A stretch of DNA of 39,952 nt from Tubiluchus corallicola (taxonomy: Eukaryota > Animalia > Priapulida): contig JAQGDQ010001461.1 in the NCBI GenBank assembly GCA_030141605.1, forward strand, positions 1-39,952, in the 5' to 3' direction. The notes beneath the pieces were generated by a model. That model saw only the letters and a program-made list of their open reading frames with translations, did not search any database and was not told where the DNA came from. A program made the position numbers and the translations under genes. Positions 22,094 through 33,816 of this stretch are shown here, in pieces (position 1 is the stretch's first letter; each line of letters starts with the position of its first letter).

Positions 22094-22700
22094 ATAACAT
22101 GCCTAGTGGTTTCCTTTTGAAGCTCGGGCTACTTTTCACGGAATGTTTCATCAGTTTACTGCTGTTGTTATGCCACTGATGTGGCGGCAGTAATCTGTCA
22201 GTCTTCTTTGGGACTTTACAAGCATAAACAACATGTTGTTGTTGGCATCCTTCTGTCTCGAAAGACAATGGAGTTTGCGCCAAGAGAGTCAGTTATTGAT
22301 CACATTGATGGAGCTGCAGCGTCGACTGTGGCTGAGCAGTGCGATCCTTGAGCGGCAGTTCCGGCTGCAGGTTGCACATTGGAAGGCTGTTTCATCCGGG
22401 TGAGGTAGGGCATCTTCCTGATGCCTGCGAGTTCTTTTATCCTCTTGTTTTTTCTCCCTCGTTTTCTCTGCTCTGTTGATGGCTGCCCTAACAGCAGATT
22501 TCCAGTTGCTTCGACCTGCCGCAAGCGCCTCGTAATTTGCTGGTGTAATGCCGCCTGCCTTGAGATCCCATTTACATAAACAACATAGAGCAACTAAAAG
22601 CATAGAGTTAATTCTGAAAAATACAGTAGATCATAAATGTAAGGATCTAATTTGAAGCTCTGATTAGCAGATTCAGTCAGTTAATTAGGTTAATTGGGTG
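22094..22700. repeat. Intronic dispersed repeat, copy 1 (second copy about 25545-27000), interrupted by an RTE
   Basis: 22094-22234 matches 25545-25606 plus 26200-26285; 22575-22695 matches about 26800-26995. Confidence 0.7.
22235..22574 (-). mobile_element. RTE-clade LINE 3' fragment with (CAA)n tail
   Basis: CKWDLKAGGITPANYEALAAGRSNWKSAV...FQCATCSRNCRSRIALLSHSRRC (C-terminal Zn-finger-like motif); 12-bp TSD CATAAACAACAT at 22223-22234 and 22575-22586. Confidence 0.9.
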
Positions 22701-24222
22701 CCATTAATCGGGTACAAAATTGACTTACAAACACTTAATTATAGGTCAAATACTTGGCCAAGAATTTTAATAAGTGAGGCACCCTGACAAACTAATTTCT
22801 AGACATTGCTAATAATAAAATCTCATGTTTTTTACTGTAATAAAGATCTAGCGATTAAACAAGCTTACAGTAGCGAGATCTTGTATATCATGAGTTAGGT
22901 TGCATTATTTACTACAAAAAATTATTTACAAGGTTTCAACAAATTTAAAAGAACACAGGATGATTTTTCATATATTACCCCATCTTCAAGTCCGATAAAA
23001 AGTATACATTTTAACACAATTAATACTGCAAAAGCGTTTCTGATAATTAAATAATTGATTAAAATCTTAATTAACGGCGGGTGAGCCCAACTATTGACAT
23101 CACAAACAAACAATTTTCAACAGCAAAAGCATTCCATGAGAATATTTCGCGTGTTTGCGAAAGCGAAAATTAAAGTAAAGTGCTACTGTAAGATATTCAG
23201 TGTGTTGTACTAAAAGAAAGCAAGTTTGAAGATGAAAATTCAAATTTCAAATTTACCGCTGTGCTCACGCTTGAGCTGTCAAACATGTGTACTTCATCAG
23301 AAACTAACACATTCGAACTGTGAGGTACAGCACCAGCTTTTGTGCAATGCGTTTCCGAAATGCAGCTGCTAGTACCCATCCAACTAGCGAATGGCGAAAT
23401 GCAAGTAACAGTAACCAGTGGCGCAAAAGTGAAATTGTGTTTGTGTGGTTGTAATTCTTGCACATGTCATTTTTGAAAGAACAGTATGTTTCCATGTTTC
23501 CTTTCAATATTTTAAAGAGTAGATTGTTTTGACCTACAGTTTAAGATTGGATCCAGTTTTGCTTATAGATTAGGCAAAAAAGACTGTCATAAAGCCACAT
23601 TGAAAATAAACACGTAGCCTAAAAATAAGTTCATATCACAAATATAAACATCGTAAGTGCGTCTTTAATTGTAATGGTTTAGTCTATTACCAAATTAACC
23701 AGCCGAACCCCAAGTGATTTAATGTGAAAGACAATAGATAAGCTTTTTCTCATTCAAAAGTTAGGGGTAATGTTCATGATGATGTTCATGTTAGTGTTCA
23801 TGTTTGAGGTTGTAGGTGAATCACTTTGTAGAAAAAGTATAAAACACTATACTACATATCTGCACAAAACTGAAAAGCGTTTATTAGACTACATACACAT
23901 ATGTAAAAATGACTGCTGCACTGAACACTGAGAACAAGTGTGTCCTGCACTGATCACTGAGAGTTAGACAGTGACTAGAAAGTAAAACCAGTCAGTATAT
24001 ACAGGTATAGGTAATTATGCAAACTTGGCTTCACAAAAACCATTACTGTAAAATAGGGAGAGATCCAATGAATATGCATATTCACTGGACCGTACAATTA
24101 TACTAGGGGTGAGTTTAGCTAGTAAAATGTAAAAGGATTAGTTAATAGATGGCAGCACCTAAAAATATACAGTTACAATTTCCACACATGTTAATGATGA
24201 AAGTGCAATGTTTTTCTTTTAG

Positions 24223-24393
24223 AATTTTACAGAACAAGATCGCGAAGTAGCGCACAAAAACGAATTCAACTTTGACCATCCAGATGCTTTTGACTTTGAC
24301 CTGCTCATAGACACTTTGAAAAAACTGAAGATGGGTAAACAAGTGAACATACCTGTTTACAATTTCACTACGCATAGCCGGGAAAAACATAAG
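24223..24393 (+). CDS. UCKL1: UCKL1 exon 4
   Basis: ttttag|[57 protein letters not shown]|gtaggt. Confidence 0.96.
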
Positions 24394-24661
24394 GTAGGTA
24401 TGCGCTTTTAATGGTTATTTTTTATACATATTATGTCATCATATGTGTTTTTTCCAATTTACATTATATAGTACATGCAGTGGGCGCCGTTTTTTAGACT
24501 CACCGTTAATAGAATCAGTCTCCTAATTGGTTCAGAAATGTCTGGTATTGCCGCTCCTATTCAAATGTATATAAAACAGTTGGCAATTGACTCAAATAAC
24601 TCTGCATAATTCACTTAATATTTTTGCTTCTGTACTTGAAATAAGACACTTATGTGTGATA

Positions 24662-25420
24662 CAAGAGATTTTAACACTTTTATTTAGTCTTTACTTCGCT
24701 TTTTTGCGCTATAATATACGTAAAAACAAACGTACAAAGTACAGTTACACGATAAAGGAGATTTTAACACTTTTATTTAGTCTTTACTTCGCTTTTTTGC
24801 GCTATAATATACGTAAAAACAAACGTGCGAAGTACAGTTACATGATAAAAGAGATTTTAACACTTTTATTTAGTCTTTACTTCGCTTTTTTGCGCTATAA
24901 TATACGTAAAAACAAACGTGCGAAGTACTGTTACACGATAAAAGAGATTTTAACACTTTTATTTAGTCTTTACTTCGCTTTTTTGCGCTATAATATACGT
25001 AAAAACAAACGTATGAAGTACTGTTACACGATAAAAGAGACTTTAACACTTTTATTTAGTCTTTACTTCGCTTTTTTGCACTATAATATACGTAAAAACA
25101 ATCGTGCGAAGTACAGTTACATGATAAAAGATTTTAACACTTTTGTTTAGTCTTTACTTCGCTTTTTTGCACTATAATATACGTAAAAACAAACGTGCGA
25201 AGTACAGTTACACGATAAAAGAGATTTTAACACTTTTATTTAGTCTTTACATCGCTTTTTTGCACTATAATGTACATAAAAACAAACGTGCGAAGTACAG
25301 TTACACGATAAAAGAGATTTTAACACTTTTATTTAGTTTTTACTTCACTTTTTTTACACTATAATATAGTGTAAAAACAATCGGTTAACAAATTACGTAA
25401 CCGTGTGAAGTACAGTTACG
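24662..25420. repeat. 93-bp tandem repeat, about 8 copies
   Basis: gagattttaacac recurs at 24665, 24758, 24851 and onward. Confidence 0.95.
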
Positions 25421-25608
25421 TTTGTGAGCAGAAACGTTTATCATATGCTAATTTTAACCTAACATTTTTACTTTGAATCTGTCACCTGTTTGTCTGCTAC
25501 AATTATCCTCATTGCTATGGAGTTTATGGAAGCTAAACTGTCAATAACGTGCCTAGCAGTTTCCTTCTGAAGCTTTGCTGCTTTTCACAGAATGCTTAAT
25601 CAGTTTCT

Positions 25609-26163
25609 GTCGTCGTCGTCGTCGTCGTCGTCGTCGGCCTCCGTCCGTCTATGAAGACGATGGGTTGCGCCATAAAGTGGAGCTGGAGCAGCGTCTGCTG
25701 TGGCTGTAGAGCCCGATCCTGGAATGGCAGTCTCTGCCGCAGTCCCCACAGGTGAAAACGGGGTCATTGAGAGAACTAATTGATGCTTTACTTCCCAGTC
25801 TCTTTTGACGTTGTCTCTCATGCCTGTCCTCCTCAGCCTTCTTGATGCCCTCGCTGACTGCTTATCTCCAAGCTGGCCGGTCATCTGCCTTGGTTTCCCA
25901 TGAACTGACGTCTATGTGAGTGCCTTTGAGGTCTCTTTTGCAGACATCAGAGAACCTCAGGTGAGGCCGACCGGTCGGACGAGTGCCTTCCTCGAGTTGG
26001 CCGTACAGCATATCCTTTGGAAGACGACCCTTGTCCATGCGTCTGACATGTCCTAGCCAGCGTAGACGCCTCTGACTCAGCATAGCAAAGATTGATGTTG
26101 TCTTGGCCTTGCTGAGGACCTTGCGGTTGGTAATTCTGTCTTCCCACCTAATGTCAAGTAGCC
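25609..26163 (-). mobile_element. RTE-clade LINE 3' fragment (a second subfamily) with (GAC)n tail
   Basis: RRLRWLGHVRRMDKGRLPKDMLYGQL...GRPHLRFSDVCKRDLK and FTCGDCGRDCHSRIGLYSHSRRC. Confidence 0.92.
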
Positions 26164-26285
26164 GTTTAGTGCTACTGTTAATCAGTTTAGTGCTACTGTT
26201 AATCAGTTTAGTGCTACTGTTATGCCTCGACACGGTGGCAGTAACCTGCCAGTGTTCTTCGGGAAATTACAAGCATAAGCAACAT

Positions 26286-26797
26286 CAGGGATGAGAATTT
26301 TCCGCAGATACGCGGAATTCCGAGTTTTTGGAAGACCAGTAGTGCCATTTTTGTAAATCGCGTAAATTCGTTGAGAAAATTTTTACAGACCCTGTACATT
26401 ATTTCACAAGCTGACCGCTAGTTGGCAGGCCGTCACTTTGTTTACATCACGTACATCAGTGTATATCTCTATGTATAAAAATATAGAATCAATTGTGCGG
26501 AGTTATTTGAGTCAATTGCAGACAGTTTCTATATACTTTTGCATAGGAGCGGCCAGTACTTGGGCATTTTTGAGACAATTAGGTATCATGTATCCTTGAT
26601 AGTTGGGTATTTTAAATTATGCATGAAACAAGGTAATTGATATTTTAAGTCCACTTAGAGGCTCTCTATGGTCACAAAATTGCAATTTGTTGCTGGCTCC
26701 CATTGGGCTTTGCCCCTCAACCCCATTGGGGGCGTAGGTGGCCCCAAAACCCCTGGCCTGTTTCAGAGTTTTTTGCAATTTGTCATTCTCATCCCTG
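26286..26797. mobile_element. MITE, CAGGGATGAGAAT TIR family (longest copy, 512 bp)
   Basis: Perfect 13-bp TIRs; 6-bp TSD CAACAT at 26280-26285 and 26798-26803. Confidence 0.9.
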
Positions 26798-27218
26798 CAA
26801 CATGCAACAACAACGAGCAACCAAGAGCATAGAGTTAATTTTGGAAATACAGTAGACTATAATTGTAAAGAAGTAATATTTAAAGCTCTCACAGCCTTTA
26901 CTGGGTATACTAAGCTGATAAGTTATGACTCATACTTCTATAATAGCAATAGTACACACGTTGGCTAGCAGATTCAGGCAGTTAATTAGGTCAAATCACC
27001 TTCATTCCCTAAGTGGTGAATTAAGTGGTGCCTGCTGTATTATAAAGATGTTTATTTTAATACCTTACATAAGCTTTAACACTTGCGTCTATCCGAGAAC
27101 TCATTATAAAATCAAAAATTTGGGATTTTATGTTATCAAGCTCGACTTTTTGCAGTTTTTTAAACAAGAAAGCTGCTTCGTGTGACTTTGTCATTTGATC
27201 AGTTGTATTTTATTTCAG

Positions 27219-27293
27219 AAACAACTCTATGGTGCAAATGTTGTGATATTTGAAGGTATATTGGCTTTCCACAACTATAAGGACATGCTGAAG
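27219..27293 (+). CDS. UCKL1: UCKL1 exon 5
   Basis: tttcag|KQLYGANVVIFEGILAFHNYKDMLK|gtattt. Confidence 0.93.
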
Positions 27294-27887
27294 GTATTTT
27301 GTGACAAAATGACTATACATTTACTTTTTATGGTATTTCTAATTGTACAAAATTAAGTCATTGTATTTGTCAATTTGTCATTCTATTTGTCATTGTGCAT
27401 TGTGTATGACATAACTGTATTATTTCTTATCTTGTACTTATTGTTATATACTTTTACAATGTGTGACCATCAACTTCTCGGTAAATCAAATAAAAGGGCC
27501 GGTGCTAGGAAGTGAGGAGCCCAATTTGAAAATTGTTAGTGGGGACCTCTACCCTACGAAAGCCGAAGATTGATGTTTTATGCTTCGTGTAGTTTACCAG
27601 TTCAACCCAAAAAGTCTTGAGCACTTGAGAATTCACCATTAACCACAGTGATGTACTAAAATTTGAAAGAGGCATATGACAATATTAGTGTTTAATGACA
27701 AGTTAAGATAATTACTGACAAATCGGAAAAAATACCGGTAGTGATAACTGTGCTTTTGTTTAAATTGGCGCATATTTGAGGTGCAACATATTCAATCAAA
27801 ATATGTCAAAAATGAATAAACATTGCTATTGCAATTATATACATTGATATATTGCTCTTAGCAACTTCTGGCATTGCCTGTTTGCAG

Positions 27888-28077
27888 CTAATGGACTTGA
27901 AGATATTTGTGGACACGGATTCAGACATTCGTCTCGCAAGACGACTTCGTCGTGACATTGCCGAAAGAGGTAGAGAACTGGAAGGGGTACTGAAGCAGTA
28001 CAATAAGTTTGTGAAGCCGGCTTATGAACATTATATAGGCCCGTCCATGGTTCATGCTGATATCATCGTACCTCGAG
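27888..28077 (+). CDS. UCKL1: UCKL1 exon 6
   Basis: ttgcag|[63 protein letters not shown]|gtaaat. Confidence 0.96.
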
Positions 28078-28947
28078 GTAAATGAAATAAATTGTAGAAA
28101 TGATGAAATTCTACTTCAGCTACACCATACCGTTGTAGGATAACCTAACACCTAATGTGGATGCGCCCAGTCCAGGCAAAGAAACGGCAAAAATCAGTGT
28201 TGAACTGTGTGATAGACCTGCAATTTATTAAAATAACAGATCACAAAAAGTGCTTAAGAATGTGCTAAAGGTTATTACTATTTCAGCAAAATAAAAAATT
28301 AGATTTAAGAAGACTGAAACACAAATCATTACTTTATGATTCTAGACATTTGAAGCAATTCTAAAAAATTTAATCTCTTAACTAATTATTAAAGTAGATG
28401 GTGACTTACATTTACTGGTGACAACTTTGGCTTGAAAATACAACTAGTGTCTGTTAAATTGTAACAAAATGGACAAAGCAATGCAAGTATCGCCAAACGG
28501 CATGATCAGCATAGCGGCAATAGAAAATCTAACTACGTGTAAAAACAAGTGTGACTGATAGGTGGCGTATAGTACTAAAGCTTAGGTCACATGACTAAGG
28601 CTGGCTTCGTTTTAAACACTTTCGTGAAATGCATGTTTGTCAAAATACGGAAAAAAACAAATAATTATAGAATGTTAGATTAAATTGCTTGACAACTTAG
28701 ATCATTGTTTCTTAGTTATGTATAACTACTGCTATAATTAGTTTATATTATATTAAAAAATTAATGCTTGATGTCAGAGTGTATCTAAATGAGCTTAAAA
28801 GTTTTGGGGTTTTATAACTTTATAATCTTACGTCAGATTCTGTTGTGTTTTGTCTCGCATCAGATTCATTTTTTATAAAGATATGGCGCTCGTGTATACT
28901 AAATGATGTCTATAGCTTCATTGCAATTATTATATTTTTCCTTATAG

Positions 28948-29009
28948 GAGGAGAGAACAGCATAGCTTTAAACCTCATTGTACGTCATGTGAATAGTCAG
29001 TTACAGCAG
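28948..29009 (+). CDS. UCKL1: UCKL1 exon 7
   Basis: ttatag|GGENSIALNLIVRHVNSQLQQ|gtatga; phase 1 in, phase 0 out. Confidence 0.92.
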
Positions 29010-29840
29010 GTATGATGTCTGCCAATAATTTTTCTGGAAAAACAAATTTAAAATTGAGTTGTTCGGTGGAAAATAATTTTAACTATTTGGTCAAAGTACT
29101 AATATATTTAAGGCAATTTATACCTAAAACGCATGGCTTCTTTCTAACCCACATTTTTATAGTAAACTTTTCCCATTAATGGATTGCAAGGTGTTTGGGC
29201 TTTCAAAACCAAATTCGAAGCTCGATTAAATTTTGCTCTTTCTTTGCTCTTTATTTGCCAAAACATGTCATTCCAGCTAAACATAAGAAATTAGTGCCAA
29301 AAATAACAAAAAATAATAATAGCCAAAAGTCAATTTTACATAATTAAGAGTTTTACACTGTACTGTCGTATTAATTAATACCTAGCTGTTATCTTAAAGT
29401 AAATTTAAATTTTATAAAGTAATTAGAGGATATACATACGTTATTAGCCCCAAATCATAAGCAAATGTAATAGATAACGACAATATCTTATCAACTTATC
29501 ATGGCACGTGTTCACTTCATAGTAGGCCTCTGACCAAGATCAAATTGATCACGTGATTAGGCCAAAAATCGCCACAAGGTGGCCAAAGCCTGTACAAGGG
29601 AAGGCTGCTATGTACACTAATTCCAGTACACAAGCTGTGGTTAAGTTGAAAAATAAAACTGTCGGAATGGATAGTCTAGTTTCCTGGACAAAATAATCAA
29701 GTAAAGTAGTAAAAAATAGGAATGTAATTCAACAAAAATATTGCATTTTAAGAAAAAATTTTGAGATATCCTGTCGTTATAGTTTCGTTTATTCTTCTAG
29801 ATGTATCTGATAACATTTGGTTAGGTTGGTTTGTAAGTAT

Positions 29841-30312
29841 CAGGGATGAGAATTTTCCGCGAATACGCGGAATTCCGAGTTTTTGGAAGACCAGTAATGC
29901 TTGTAAATCGCGTAAATTCGTTGAGAAAATTTTTACGGACACAAATAATTATTTCACAAGCTGACCGCTAGTTGGCAGGCCGTCACTTTGTTTACGTCAC
30001 GTACATCAGTGTAACCACGTGTATATCTCTATGTATAAAAATATAGAATCAATTGTGCGGAGTTATTTGAGTCAATTGCAGACAGTTTTTATATACTTTT
30101 GCATAGGAGCGGCCAGTACTTAGGCGTTTTTGAGACAATTAGGTATCATGTATCCTTGACAGTTGGGTATTTTAAATTATGCATGAAACAAGGTAATTGA
30201 TATTTTAAGTCCACTTAAGAGGCTCTCTATGGTCACAAAATTGCAATTTGTTGCTGCCCTCAACCCCCCGGCCTGTTTCAGAGTTTTTTACAATTTGTCA
30301 TTCTCATCCCTG
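29841..30312. mobile_element. MITE, CAGGGATGAGAAT TIR family (472 bp)
   Basis: Perfect 13-bp TIRs; 6-bp TSD AAGTAT at 29835-29840 and 30313-30318. Confidence 0.9.
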
Positions 30313-30338
30313 AAGTATAAGATTTTTGTACATTTCAG

Positions 30339-30454
30339 AGGGGGTTTAAACACAGGTCGAAATTGGCTGCCTCACACAACGGTGGATCGTTACCACGTAG
30401 TCTGTATATCCTGGAGCCTACGCCTCAAGTGCAGGGCTTACATACGTTTATTAG
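30339..30454 (+). CDS. UCKL1: UCKL1 exon 8
   Basis: tttcag|RGFKHRSKLAASHNGGSLPRSLYILEPTPQVQGLHTFI(R)|gtaatg. Confidence 0.92.
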
Positions 30455-30924
30455 GTAATGTAACATCTTCTAGCTTATAATGTCTAGCTGCCAAATTTAC
30501 ATAGACTACACGCGTACACGCAAAGTTATTTTTGCAAATTTTTGTTACTCTTATTGCACACAAATCATTTTTTTGTGCCTACCACTAAAGTTTGATGCTT
30601 CTAATAATTACTATGTTAGGTTTATTTTACTGTTATCACTTATTCGCAGAAAAATATACATGCAAATTTGCAAAGTACTGCCTATGAAGCGTAAATTTAA
30701 AATCTACACATCTGAATAGAAATTTTCAGGCATGATGGTTGCCGCCGCCATTCACTTGAAAATCTCGAAGTAACTGGGAAACTACTGACTTTTCGTAAAT
30801 GCATCGTGGTTTTCCATAAGTGCATGCTGCTTTAACGAATAATTCAAACTTCTGCAGCTTACCCAATGTTCGTGCAAAAATATTGCAAAATTAGCCATCT
30901 AATTTTTTACAAAAACTTGTTATA

Positions 30925-31212
30925 CAGTGTTCCCTCGCTACTTCGCGGTTCGTTTATCGCGGACTCGCTGTTTCGCGGGTTTTTGCTGTAGTCCGTCTAA
31001 AGTATTTTTGCACATGCGTAGTACCTATTGTGTATTTGATGAATTTTGCATAAAAAAGAGTGAAGGGTTATGTGTAAGAGTGTGGGGAGGGTTTATAAAG
31101 ACTTAAAATAATGTATAACTACTAAAATAAGCATAGCGTCCCTATTTCGCGGAAATTCACTTATCGCGGGTGGGCCTGGAACGGAACACCAGCGATAAGT
31201 GAGGGAACACTG
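30925..31212. mobile_element. Tc1/mariner-superfamily (Tigger/pogo-like) MITE
   Basis: TIR CAGTGTTCCCTC at both ends, TA TSD (30923-30924 and 31213-31214), repeated TCGCGG subterminal motifs. Confidence 0.88.
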
Positions 31213-31450
31213 TACTTTTCATGAAGATTGACAATGCGCTACTGTTTTTCAAGACAAATGACGTGATTGGAAGAACAATGGGCATTGAAAATGAAAGACC
31301 CAAGCATGAAGTGGTCGTGATTTTAAAGCGATTCTACTAGTTACAGCCCTTAATGCAGTTTTATTACTAAGTCCTAACATTTTTTGCGAAATAAGCTAAG
31401 CCTCCTAGAAGGTGTCCTTTCCTTTAATCTTCTCATTGTTTTTTTTCCAG

Positions 31451-31607
31451 AAATAAAGATTTAGCAAGAGATGAGTTTGTATTTTACTCTCAACGGCTAA
31501 CTCGTTTACTTGTGGAATATGCCTTGTCGTTTCTCCCGTTTCGTTCCGTGACTGTTGAAACACCTCAAGGGATACCATATGAAGGGAAGCGGTTAGACAC
31601 CGACAAG
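31451..31607 (+). CDS. UCKL1: UCKL1 exon 9 (UPRT-like domain)
   Basis: ttccag|[52 protein letters not shown]|gtagaa. Confidence 0.95.
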
Positions 31608-31642
31608 GTAGAACCTTTGTAAAATCATCGAGCGAGACCAGT

Positions 31643-31790
31643 CAGGGATGGTTCCTACAGTCAGGGAAAATCCTTGAAAATTCAGGCTATCGAGGAAAGT
31701 CATGGAAAAGTCAGGGAAAAAGATAATTTGATAAAAAGTTAGGGAAAATGATGAAAATGGGGCAAAAACTCAGGGAAATTGGAAAGGGTT
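31643..31790. mobile_element. Possible left end of a hAT-like MITE
   Basis: CAGGG start with repeated GTCAGGGAAAA motifs; no matching right end found. Confidence 0.35.
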
Positions 31791-31928
31791 GCAAAAATAA
31801 TCACCATGAACCGATTCGTGCTCAAATAAAATTGATTACAAAATTTATTTTAAAATTCTATGGGAAATATAATCATCAATAAGATTAGCTAGTTTGTCAC
31901 CTTTGTCAGTTAGTTATGAAGCAAAATG

Positions 31929-32181
<253 letters not shown>

Positions 32182-32551
32182 ATTATTTATTTTAGCATCA
32201 AATGCCATAAAGCATACATTTAATATTTACAGTGACTAAAACTAAACTAAAAATACTGAAATCATTAGGTACAACACGAGACAAAAAGCATTTAAAATTT
32301 ACAATGTCATGAACAAGCTTAGACAGCATTCCACAATTTAAAAAAATTCGATTTAACGTATGCAGCAGAGTTCATAATAGCGAGTAAAAAATTATTATCA
32401 GAATTAGAAACTCGCTGCCTTAGACTATAACAACATTTTCTTCTCAAATGCAAGAAATACAGTAGATCAAGATAAATACACATAGTAGATGCATTAAAGT
32501 CAAACCTAAGCGAGAATAGTTTGCGTATGCCATTATTATAAGCATCCCTGA

Positions 32552-33380
32552 TGCCGCGTTCAGACGTAGAGACTTCCCTCACAACTTGTTGCCAGAGAAG
32601 TTACCAAGCCGTTCACATGTGCAATTTTACTCTCAGAAAGAAGTTGTGCAAGTTGTCAAGCCATTCAATCTTTACAACTTTAATCTCAGAAAGAAGTTGT
32701 GCAAGTTGTCAAGCCATTCAATCTTTACAACTTTAATCTCAGAAAGAAGTTGTGCAAGTTGTCAAGCCATTCAATCTTTACAACTTTAATCTCAGAAAGA
32801 AGTTGTGCAAGTTATCAAGCCATTCAATCTTTACAACTTTACTCTCAGAAAGAAGTTGTGCAAGTTGTCAAGCCATTCAATCTTTACAACTTTAATCTCA
32901 GAAAGAAGTTGTGCAAGTTGTCAAGCCATTCAATCTTTACAACTTTAATCTCAGAAAGAAGTTGTGCAAGTTGTCAAGCCATTCAATCTTTACAACTTTA
33001 ATCTCAGAAAGAAGTTGTGCAAGTTGTCAAGCCATTCAATCTTTACAACTTTACTCTCAGAAAGAAGTTGTGCAAGTTGTCAAGCCATTCAATCTTTACA
33101 ACTTTAATCTCAGAAAGAAGTTGCGCAAGTTGTCAAACCATTCAATCTTTACAACTTTAATCTCAGAAAGAAGTTGCGCAAGTTGTCAAGCCATTCAATC
33201 TTTACAACTTTACTCTCAGAAAGCAGTTGCGCAAGTTGCCAAACCATTCAGTCTTTACAACTTTACTCTCAGAAAGCAGTTGTGCAACAAGTTGCCAAGC
33301 CACTCAATCATTACAACTTTACTCTCAGAAAGAAGTTGCTCAACAAGTTGCGAGAGAAGTCTCAACATCTGAATGCGCCG
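32552..33380. mobile_element. PIF/Harbinger-like MITE carrying a 53-bp tandem array
   Basis: 40-bp imperfect TIRs at 32552-32591 and 33341-33380; 3-bp flanks TGA and TTA. Confidence 0.75.
32605..33345. repeat. 53-bp minisatellite, about 13-14 copies
   Basis: ctcagaaag recurs at 32632, 32685 and onward. Confidence 0.95.
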
Positions 33381-33693
33381 TTAGTCTGTTTAACATATCA
33401 TTGCTGTAATTATTCCAAAGTGACGAGCCATAATAATTTGTACAATAACTTTTAATTAAAATAATTTCAAGTTATGTGAGCAGCATGAAAATTCTCTAAT
33501 AACCGACTTTCCACGGATATAAAATAGTGTCTGGCATCTTTGATGAATCTGTCCAAACACAGTTACACTCTTTTATTAGCATACTTTATAGTATTGTCTG
33601 CTTGTACATATGTGTGTTGAACCAAGTGAATATACAAGTAAGACTTGTGTGTGTTGTACAAACCCAAATACAAGAAGTAATTCTTTTCTACAG

Positions 33694-33816
33694 ATCTGTG
33701 CAGTGTCAATACTTCGTGCCGGTGAAACTATGGAACCAGCTTTGTGCAGTGTTCTCAAAGATGTGAGATTAGGCAAGATCTTAATACAAACAAATCTAGA
33801 TACCGGTGAACCAGAG
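33694..33816 (+). CDS. UCKL1: UCKL1 exon 10 (last visible; remaining exons expected beyond the window)
   Basis: ctacag|[41 protein letters not shown]|gtaagt. Confidence 0.96.

Larger units (their letters stand above)
32182..33570 (-). mobile_element. Decayed CR1-group LINE 3' fragment, interrupted by a MITE at 32552-33380
   Basis: Minus-strand translation ...FYIRGKSVIREFSCCS...KSYCTNYYGSSLWNNYSNDMLNRL / RDAYNNGIRKLFSL...RKCCYSLRQRVSNSDN is continuous across the insertion. Confidence 0.75.

Noticed and set aside
24069-24084. 16-bp perfect palindrome TGAATATGCATATTCA
   Set aside because: Isolated and AT-rich, with no supporting context.
24587-25364. 187-aa and 73-aa ORFs with 31-aa repeats
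   Set aside because: By-product of a 93-bp (3n) tandem repeat inside a UCKL1 intron, broken by a frameshift.
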